Position numbers and translations under genes: made by a program. The notes beneath the pieces are model-generated. The model ran no database searches. It was not told where the DNA came from and was given only the letters and a program-made list of their open reading frames with translations. From an uncultured Woeseia sp. (GTDB lineage: Bacteria; Pseudomonadota; Gammaproteobacteria; Steroidobacterales; UBA11654), in contig CAZVRH010000003.1 of the NCBI GenBank assembly GCA_964629335.1, positions 6,212 through 70,211 of the forward strand: DNA of 64,000 nucleotides, given 5' to 3'. Shown here in pieces: positions 57,291-64,000 of this stretch (position 1 is the first letter of the stretch; each line of letters starts with the position of its first letter).

Positions 57291-59039
57291 TTATAGGTTT
57301 TCCTTTGTTGATACGGTCTCTGGTAACACAATGTGTATGCTTGCACCACTTGTGTTGTTTTGAATTTGGATGCTCCCCTGATGCTCGTCGATTATGTTTT
57401 TAACTATAGCCAACCCCAACCCTTTTCCTTTGGGCTTGGTTGATACGTAAGGCTCGAAGGCCTGATTAATTTTTTTCTTGTCAAAACCAATGCCGTTGTC
57501 TTGTATTAACAACTCAACAAAGTTCTTGTTGTTTATTTTGGTTTTTTTGGTTGAAAGTATAATCTTGGGGTTCTTTATATCTCGGAGGGCCTCTATTGCG
57601 TTTTTCAAAAGGTTGTTCAAGATTTGTCTAAGTTTTTTTTCGTCGCCTTCGATAAAAACCTCTTCGGTTTGGCTTGTTTCAAACTCAATGGCCTTATGGT
57701 TTTTGGAATATAAACCGACAGCTTCATCAATTATCCTAGAAACGCTTGTCCTTTTTATTTTTAAAGCTGGCTCCTCTGCAAACTTTCCAAATGCACTCAC
57801 CATTTCCCTTAAAACCTCAACCTGGTTTACTATTGTGTCTGTCGAGCTTGTTATAAAATCAAGATCGTCTCCTTTGAAGGAGCTAGAATATCTTTTTTTT
57901 ATTCTTTCGGCTGATAACTGAATAGGTGTCAAGGGGTTGTTAATTTCATGGGCCATTCTTCTAGCGACATCGCTCCAAGCAGCTTCTTTTTGCGCTTGAA
58001 CAAACGAACTAACAAGGGTGGCAATTTCATCTGAGTTATTGGGATCATCGTGAAAACGAATTTTTTTCTTCATTGATTCAGTCTCTTTTTCTATGGACTC
58101 AATTGGTTTAACCAGCCTGTCTGCGAACTCAATTGATCCATAGATTGCTAACAACAAAGCCAACAGGACAACTATTCCCAGCGTTAAAATATAACTGTAC
58201 TGGATTGGTCCCTTCATAAAGCTCAGTCTTCCATAGCGTGCGTAGGTTTCCTCAACAGAATCGGCCATCATGCTGAGTTTTGGATCAACACTAAAAAATG
58301 CCTGTAAATACAGCGGTTTTTCGTTGGAGGAAAAACTTAAAACTGGGACCAAAACTCTAATCAGATACGAGCCACCTGGGCTTGAATCTAAACTGGTCCA
58401 AGATTGTTTGAGATTGGCCTGCTCAATTTCCAAAAGCGTTGGAATCCTTGAGCTAACTCTATTAATTTGATCTGAACTAGAAGCCAGAACCTGAAGACCT
58501 GAGTCTAAAACCACCAACTGTTCTGCGTTTGATTGTTGAACCAAGCCTCTTAGCTGAGCATCTATTTTTTCAATTCCTTGAAGCTCCAGAGCAATGTTTG
58601 TTGTTTCAAATAACCCTTGTTGTATCTTCTCGTCTAGCGCGGATCTTCCAAGCATTAAAGCATTGTTTAAGCCTTGTTCTACATCGGCGTCTGACCAAAC
58701 GCTGATTCCTTTATTCATAAAGTTTATTGCAAAAAAGAAAAGGACCACTGCAGGAACAATAGCAAGCCCACCAAAAGCCAAAGCCATCCTTAGTCTAAGC
58801 TTGGCTCCGAGTTTATTTTTTCTAAAATCATTGATTAAATTTCTAGCGCTCAATCCCACAATAAACAGGAACACCAAAAAAGAAAAAACATTGACCACCA
58901 AAAGAGATGATTGAATTTTGTTCAGTTCGTTTGGGTTATCAGCAGCGAACATTAAGGCTAACAGCGATCCCACGCTCAAGAAAATAAGCGAGAAAATTAT
59001 TCTTTTTGTTGTTTTGGTTTTTATTTGATTAACTGCCAT
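57291..59039 (-). CDS. ntrY: NtrY-like sensor histidine kinase
   Basis: H-box MAHEINNPLTPIQLSAERIKKR, N-box LNNLLKNAIEA, and G-boxes DNGIGF and GKGLGLAIV. I prefer the ATG at 59039 over the GTG at 59099. Confidence 0.75.
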   Translation of the reverse strand: MAVNQIKTKTTKRIIFSLIFLSVGSLLALMFAADNPNELNKIQSSLLVVNVFSFLVFLFIVGLSARNLINDFRKNKLGAKLRLRMALAFGGLAIVPAVVLFFFAINFMNKGISVWSDADVEQGLNNALMLGRSALDEKIQQGLFETTNIALELQGIEKIDAQLRGLVQQSNAEQLVVLDSGLQVLASSSDQINRVSSRIPTLLEIEQANLKQSWTSLDSSPGGSYLIRVLVPVLSFSSNEKPLYLQAFFSVDPKLSMMADSVEETYARYGRLSFMKGPIQYSYILTLGIVVLLALLLAIYGSIEFADRLVKPIESIEKETESMKKKIRFHDDPNNSDEIATLVSSFVQAQKEAAWSDVARRMAHEINNPLTPIQLSAERIKKRYSSSFKGDDLDFITSSTDTIVNQVEVLREMVSAFGKFAEEPALKIKRTSVSRIIDEAVGLYSKNHKAIEFETSQTEEVFIEGDEKKLRQILNNLLKNAIEALRDIKNPKIILSTKKTKINNKNFVELLIQDNGIGFDKKKINQAFEPYVSTKPKGKGLGLAIVKNIIDEHQGSIQIQNNTSGASIHIVLPETVSTKENL

Positions 59040-59575
59040 TGTATTTGTTCCAAGTCTGAATCTAGGCCTTCTCTCCAAAACGATATTGTTCTCACCCACT
59101 GAGAGACCCCTTGGGCCTTAATGCTGGTGTCTAAAATTACTGTGTAATTAACATCGAGAACCAATAACGAGTCGTCAACCAGAGGTAGTCTTTTTATTGT
59201 GCTTAAGTAATCGGTAACCTCTGTGCTTGTCGCCATAGAGGCTTGTCTTCCAGTGTTCTTGTTTGTGACTGTATAGCGACGAGTAAAGGCATTAAACTCT
59301 ATGGTGTAAGTTTGGTTTAGCTCTCCAATATTATTATCCGGTCTCCAGTTTCTAATATTCACAATTCTAAAGTTAAGCTCTAAGTTAAAAACAATGCCAG
59401 ATTCGAGTGCTTTTACTTGCTCTTTTTCAAAACCAATAGGTAGCACAATGTCGCTGTAATAGACGCCATCATCTATATATGAAAATCCCTCTCCTTCTGC
59501 ATTGAGATCGGGGTTGGCCAATAGGATGGCCCCAACAAGAACAACGTTATAAAATATTTTTTTTGTCTTGGCCAT
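59021..59575 (-). CDS. Secreted DUF4390-like protein
   Basis: 184 aa with a signal peptide. It sits between fmt and the ntrY-like gene, the context I recall for DUF4390. Assigned from context and memory. Confidence 0.5.
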   Translation of the reverse strand: MAKTKKIFYNVVLVGAILLANPDLNAEGEGFSYIDDGVYYSDIVLPIGFEKEQVKALESGIVFNLELNFRIVNIRNWRPDNNIGELNQTYTIEFNAFTRRYTVTNKNTGRQASMATSTEVTDYLSTIKRLPLVDDSLLVLDVNYTVILDTSIKAQGVSQWVRTISFWREGLDSDLEQIQWQLIK

Positions 59576-59578
59576 TTT

Positions 59579-60520
59579 TTAAAGAAAACTTTTATTTTTT
59601 AAGTTCGTACCTCTTGTAAACTTTTTCGCAGTCATTGATTCTTTTCCTGCTAGTTGAATTTCTTTTAGTAGAAGGTTTCCTTTTCCTGTTGCAACCAAAA
59701 GGCCTTCATCGCTTTGCTCTACAACTGTTCCAGGGTGATTATAGTTTTTAAAGTCTGAAGATAGTTCTGTATCCCAGATTCTAAGGTATTTGTCTCCAAA
59801 ATGGGTAAAAGCGACTGGCCAAGGATTATAGGCCTTAACCTTTCTATCTATTGATTCTGCTGATTCTTTCCAGTTAATCCTGCCGTCAGATTTTTGTATT
59901 TTTTTTGAAAAAGTTGCTTGTTGGTGGTCTTGTTCTTTGGCTTGTATTTTGCCTGATAAAATTTTTTCTAATGATTTTTTTATTGTTGTGGCCGCCAAAC
60001 CAGAGAGTTTAGCGGACAAGGTTTTTGAGTTATCTTTTTTATCAATTTTTGCTGGTTTTGATAAAAAAACAGGGCCCGCGTCTAAGGATGATGTCATTCT
60101 GATAACAGAGATTCCTGTCTGTTGGTCGCCGTTGAGTATTGCTGACTGTATCGGCGAAGCCCCCCTCCATGCTGGTAAAAGTGAAGGATGAATGTTTAGA
60201 ACATCCGTTGAGAAACAATCAAAAAACCAGTTGGGTATAAGCTTTCCATACGCAGCTGTCAAAAGAACGTTTGGGGACACAACTTTAAGTGTTTTTTTAA
60301 TTTCTGCCTCTTCAAAAGATTCAACCGATAAAGCCTCAAGGCCAAAATTGTTAGCAAACTCCATCACTGGGTTGGGGAGAGTTTTTAGGCCTCTTCCCAT
60401 TTTTTTGTCGGGCTGTGTTAAAACTATAACCGATTGGAAACCCAGGCCAACAACCGCTTTTAAAGGCTCTAAGGAAAATAAAGAAGACCCTGCAAACACT
60501 ATGGTTTTATCCGAAATCAT
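59579..60520 (-). CDS. fmt: Methionyl-tRNA formyltransferase
   Basis: IVFAGSS...LNIHPSLLPAWRGASPIQ. 313 aa. Confidence 0.9.
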   Translation of the reverse strand: MISDKTIVFAGSSLFSLEPLKAVVGLGFQSVIVLTQPDKKMGRGLKTLPNPVMEFANNFGLEALSVESFEEAEIKKTLKVVSPNVLLTAAYGKLIPNWFFDCFSTDVLNIHPSLLPAWRGASPIQSAILNGDQQTGISVIRMTSSLDAGPVFLSKPAKIDKKDNSKTLSAKLSGLAATTIKKSLEKILSGKIQAKEQDHQQATFSKKIQKSDGRINWKESAESIDRKVKAYNPWPVAFTHFGDKYLRIWDTELSSDFKNYNHPGTVVEQSDEGLLVATGKGNLLLKEIQLAGKESMTAKKFTRGTNLKNKSFL

Positions 60521-60534
60521 TGTACTGTTTTACG

Positions 60535-61074
60535 TTAAACAATGTTCACCCTGGTGCCTTTTGGGTTTTCAGTGTTGAGTTTTTTCTCTTTTGCTATTTT
60601 TTTTCTCAGTCTTTGAAGTTTTATGTTTGGCACATAATCAATAAACAGTTTCCCATCTAGGTGGTCTATCTCGTGTTGGACACAGATTGCCAAAAGGTCT
60701 TCGGCTTCCATTTTAAGCTCTGAGCCGTTTATGTCTTGTGCAGATAGTTCGATTTGTTTGTGTCTTTGTACAGTGGTTCTGATCTCAGGAACAGAAAGAC
60801 ACCCTTCGCTGCTGTCAACCCTGCCCTTGACTTTATCCAGCCTTGGGTTAACAAATATCATTGGTTCGTTTCTTGCTTCGCTTACGTCGAGGACAATCAT
60901 TCTGATTGGTTTATTTACTTGGGGCGCAGCCAGGCCTATTCCGTTTGATTGATACATAATGTTCAACATTTCTTCTGACAAAGCTATTAGGTCTTTATCA
61001 AAACGTTCAACCGGTTTCGATACTTTTCTTAGTCTCTCGTCTGGAAACTGCAACAACTCCATATCTTCAAGCAT
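60535..61074 (-). CDS. def: Peptide deformylase
   Basis: GIGLAAPQV, EGCLS and HEIDHL motifs. AAGGAG lies 8 nt before the ATG at 61074. Confidence 0.9.
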   Translation of the reverse strand: MLEDMELLQFPDERLRKVSKPVERFDKDLIALSEEMLNIMYQSNGIGLAAPQVNKPIRMIVLDVSEARNEPMIFVNPRLDKVKGRVDSSEGCLSVPEIRTTVQRHKQIELSAQDINGSELKMEAEDLLAICVQHEIDHLDGKLFIDYVPNIKLQRLRKKIAKEKKLNTENPKGTRVNIV

Positions 61075-61246
61075 ATTCGGCGCTCCTTGTTTAGCTGCCT
61101 ATAAAAAATTGGGAGAAATATAATATCACGATGTTGTTGTTTTTTTCCAAAACATCTCTTTCTTCCAAAGAATTTTTTGAAAAAAAACAGTTTGACCTTG
61201 CTTCTTTTTTCGTACATGCTCAACGTATAAATTTATCTTCTAAACA

Positions 61247-61735
61247 ATGAATCAAAACCTCAAAGAAGACTTCCTAGACATCTTGCTTTATCTTTTTGAA
61301 TACTATTCAGAAGATCCCGACAGAGAATCCGGAAACGATTTTGAAATAAGAAAGCACCTCTTAGGTGCGGGGTTTGAAAAAAAAGCAATTGACCACGCAA
61401 TGGATTGGGTGGAAATTTTCAAAGGCCCATCAGATCAAATAAAAATTGTTAGCCCAAACAAGTTTTCCACCCGTGTTTTTGCCACAGAAGAGCGAGCGCT
61501 GTTAGACGAAGAATGTCAAAACTATATTGTAAGATTGGAGAAATTTGGTTTACTAACACCCCAAAAAAGAGAGCTTTTAATTGATAAACTAACCTCCATA
61601 GGTTTTGAGCCGATGGATATTGAAGTGGTCAAAGCCTTGAGCATTTTAATGCTTTTTCAAGAACCATCAATTGAGGTAAGACTGCACTCTTACGAGGCAG
61701 AAAACCTAACAGATAAGCCAAAAACATTGAATTAA
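61247..61735 (+). CDS. smg: Smg (DUF494) protein
   Basis: The DILLYLFEYY N-terminus is typical of Smg. It lies between def and topA. Confidence 0.8.
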   Translation: MNQNLKEDFLDILLYLFEYYSEDPDRESGNDFEIRKHLLGAGFEKKAIDHAMDWVEIFKGPSDQIKIVSPNKFSTRVFATEERALLDEECQNYIVRLEKFGLLTPQKRELLIDKLTSIGFEPMDIEVVKALSILMLFQEPSIEVRLHSYEAENLTDKPKTLN

Positions 61736-61797
61736 TCGTTCTTTTGTATTTATAATCACTGCCTCTGGGCTAGCTGCCTTAATAAGAAACTATAGTT

Positions 61798-64000
61798 ATG
61801 AGCAAACTTGTAATAGTCGAATCGCCTGCCAAGGCTAAAACAATTGAGAAATATTTGGGTGAAGGCTACCAAGTCTTGCCCACCATTGGCCATATTAGAG
61901 AGCTTCCAAAAAAGGACGCTATAGACCCTCAAAACAATTACTCCATGCGTTATATTATTAGCCCTGGAAAAGAAGACGCTGTAAAAAAAATCAAATCCAC
62001 TGCAAAAAACTGCGATGAAGTTATTCTGGCAACGGATCCTGATAGAGAAGGAGAAGCTATAGCTTGGCATGTAGCGGATATCTTGCAGCCAAAAAAAACC
62101 AGTCGTGCTGTTTTTTATGAGATTAGTAAAAAAGCAGTAAACGAGGCTATATCTAACCCGGGTGAAATAGCGATGGACCTGGTCTCATCACAAGAAACCA
62201 GGAGAGCTCTTGATAGGCATTTTGGTTTTACTTTATCACCTCTTCTCTGGAGATTATTCCCAAGCAACAACCATTCTGCAGGCAGGGTTCAAAGTCCAGC
62301 GCTTAGAATGATCGTGGAAAGAGAGCGTGAAATAGAATCTTTTGTTCCTGAAGAATATTGGTCCATTTCAGCAGCGCTTAAATCGACCCATGAATTTGAA
62401 GCAAAGCTGTCAAAAATTGGTGATGAGCCAGTAAAGAAATTCACCTTCAAATCTCAATCCATGGTTGATGAAAAAATTAATGGGATAAAACTAGCATCAG
62501 AAGGCAAAATGCTGGCAAAAAACATTCAAAAAAAGAACGTTAAACGCTCGCCAAAGTCGCCTCTAAGGACGTCAGTGCTTCAGCAGCAAGCTTCAAATAA
62601 ATTTGGCTTTACACCAAAAAGAACGATGCAAATAGCTCAATCTCTTTACGCGAGAGAAGGCGGCGGCTTAATAACTTACATAAGAACAGACTCTATAGAA
62701 ATTGATGGAGGCAAGGTCCCAAGCATAAGAGACAAAGTTATTGAGCTTTATGGGGATGACTATCTTGAAAAAAGGCATTTTAAAAACAAAAAAGAAGCAA
62801 AAAATACACAAGAAGCCCATGGCGCTATTACTCCTGTAGATATTTCGCTAACACCTGAGCAAACCGCCAGTATGCTTAATACAGACGAACATAAGTTATA
62901 TACGCTTATTTGGCAAAGAACAATTGCCTCTCAAATGAAAGATGCTTTGTTTGAAAGAACCACGGTTGAATTTAGACCCAGCAACAACCAAGGCCTTGCT
63001 GTGTTCACGTTTTCAGATCAAGAGCTTGTTTTCCCTGGATACCTCAAAGCAACGAATGAACAGGTAACAGACAATAAGCCTCCAAACATCCAAGAAAATG
63101 ACGCCGTGGAGCTTATAGACATCAAAACAGAACAACATTTTACTGACCCGCCACCCAGATATAACGATGCCAGCATGATTAAAACGCTTGAAGAGAAGGG
63201 TATAGGAAGGCCTTCAACGTATGCAGAAATTTTATCTAAGCTTACTGAAAGAGAGTATGTGCTCCTTAAACAAAAGCGTTATCAGCCTTCAGACATGGGG
63301 AGGCTTGTCAGTAACTTTTTAAACAGAAGTTTTTCTGAATATGTAAATGACGAGTTTACATCTAAAATGGAAGGTGATCTGGATGCTATATCTAGTGGCA
63401 CAAAAACAAAAACAGAGGTTTTAGATCAATTTTGGCAACCGCTAATAGAAGGGATTGATAAAGTAAGTGAAAGCGTTACAAGAAAAGATGTAAACCCACA
63501 ACGTCCTTTAGGACAGCACCCTGAATCTGAAAAGCCAATGTTTGCTCGGATGACAAAAAACGGTCCAGCAGTTCAAATTGGTGATATTGATGCAGACGAT
63601 AAACTAGAGTGGGCTTCCTTAAAAGAAGGTCAATCTCTGTTCGTTATTACTTTAGAGGATGCTTGCGCCCTTTTTGAAAAACAAGAAGACAACGTTCTAG
63701 GCCACCACCCTGAATCAGGCGAGCCTATAATTGCTAGAGTAGCGAGATATGGCCCAACAATTCAATTGGGCACAAAAGACAATGGGAACAAGCCCAGATA
63801 TATAGGTGTGCTGCCATCAGAAAATTTGGAAGACCTAACATTAGCTAGAGCCTTAGAGTATCTAAGCCTTCCAAAAGAGCTTGGCAAGGACCCTGAGTCT
63901 GGAGAAAGTATTTTGGTTACTATAGGCCCTTATGGACCTTATCTAAAAAGAGGCAGTAAAAACTTTAGGGCCAGAAAAGGTGCGGATCCTTTTACTATGG
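61798..64000 (+). CDS. topA: DNA topoisomerase I (3' end outside the window)
   Basis: Absent from the ORF track because there is no stop in the window. My translation from the ATG at 61798 is MSKLVIVESPAKAKTIEKYLGEGYQVLPTIGHIRELP...ATDPDREGEAIAWH...GRVQSPALRMIVERE. The frame appears open to the window end where I translated it (the 5' third and the last ~520 nt; the middle was not read), and no stop-terminated plus-strand ORF is listed there. The antisense ORF 61756..62070 is spurious. Confidence 0.9.
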   Translation, partial: MSKLVIVESPAKAKTIEKYLGEGYQVLPTIGHIRELPKKDAIDPQNNYSMRYIISPGKEDAVKKIKSTAKNCDEVILATDPDREGEAIAWHVADILQPKKTSRAVFYEISKKAVNEAISNPGEIAMDLVSSQETRRALDRHFGFTLSPLLWRLFPSNNHSAGRVQSPALRMIVEREREIESFVPEEYWSISAALKSTHEFEAKLSKIGDEPVKKFTFKSQSMVDEKINGIKLASEGKMLAKNIQKKNVKRSPKSPLRTSVLQQQASNKFGFTPKRTMQIAQSLYAREGGGLITYIRTDSIEIDGGKVPSIRDKVIELYGDDYLEKRHFKNKKEAKNTQEAHGAITPVDISLTPEQTASMLNTDEHKLYTLIWQRTIASQMKDALFERTTVEFRPSNNQGLAVFTFSDQELVFPGYLKATNEQVTDNKPPNIQENDAVELIDIKTEQHFTDPPPRYNDASMIKTLEEKGIGRPSTYAEILSKLTEREYVLLKQKRYQPSDMGRLVSNFLNRSFSEYVNDEFTSKMEGDLDAISSGTKTKTEVLDQFWQPLIEGIDKVSESVTRKDVNPQRPLGQHPESEKPMFARMTKNGPAVQIGDIDADDKLEWASLKEGQSLFVITLEDACALFEKQEDNVLGHHPESGEPIIARVARYGPTIQLGTKDNGNKPRYIGVLPSENLEDLTLARALEYLSLPKELGKDPESGESILVTIGPYGPYLKRGSKNFRARKGADPFTM

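Noticed and set aside
57478-57921. Long antisense or alternate-frame ORFs (for example 57478..57921, 60192..60578, 33613..33999, 42661..43065, 61756..62070, 9350..9667, 105..452).
   Set aside because: All lie inside well-supported genes, have low-complexity or biased composition, and show no recognisable motifs. They are shadow ORFs.
59040-59099. GTG-started 20-codon extension of the histidine kinase.
   Set aside because: It would overlap the DUF4390 gene by 79 nt. The ATG at 59039 gives a normal N-terminus followed by a TM segment.
1-64000. CRISPR arrays, tandem repeat arrays, rRNA, transposase/IS elements, toxin-antitoxin or restriction-modification style defence loci.
   Set aside because: My by-eye scan of the window (intergenic regions read closely, coding regions only skimmed) turned up no regularly spaced repeats or matching gene content. 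The only mobile-type gene is the integrase at 11988..13256.

Overview
This is a 64-kb chromosomal segment from an AT-rich, very tightly packed proteobacterial genome. Gene order is of the beta/gamma type: pyrE-dut-rpmBG-mutM-coaD-rsmD, def-fmt, and smg-topA. I support about 56 protein-coding genes and found no rRNA, tRNA, CRISPR array or transposase. All homology calls come from reading the supplied translations by eye, with no searches run, and hand-derived coordinates may be off by 1-3 nt.

Layout:
- 1-16.5 kb looks accessory and catabolic. It holds a Tat-exported NarG-like (type II) molybdoenzyme catalytic subunit with no partner subunits visible, an MFS porter, two paralogous amidase-like C-N hydrolases (one lacking the catalytic Cys), a Tat-exported spermidine-dehydrogenase-like flavoprotein, a UbiD-family decarboxylase, adhC, a Rieske oxygenase, an NmrA-like protein and a GFA protein. 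A roughly 1.45-kb, extremely AT-rich, integrase-only islet flanked by 15-bp direct repeats interrupts this region.
- 16.5-64 kb is mostly housekeeping: purine permease, TonB receptor, xth-ampG operon, pyrE, dut, rpmB/rpmG, mutM, ggt, coaD, rsmD, rpoH, trmB, gltBD, alanine symporter, gabD, MATE, acs, pntAA/AB/B, priA, argS, DUF4390-ntrY-ntrX, fmt, def, smg, topA.

Most notable observations:
1. A perfect CIRCE (HrcA operator) inverted repeat sits about 25 nt upstream of rpoH.
2. Two genes (an SDR and xth) have conserved N-termini that are encoded only if translation starts at ATT.
3. One of the two amidase paralogues lacks the catalytic Cys and is encoded directly downstream of the UbiD gene.
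4. The type II molybdoenzyme alpha subunit appears to be an orphan.
5. The NtrX-like regulator has a degenerate AAA+ core.

I did not recognise a defence-type or other clearly new multi-gene system. The best candidate for an undescribed pathway is the 0-10.7 kb locus.
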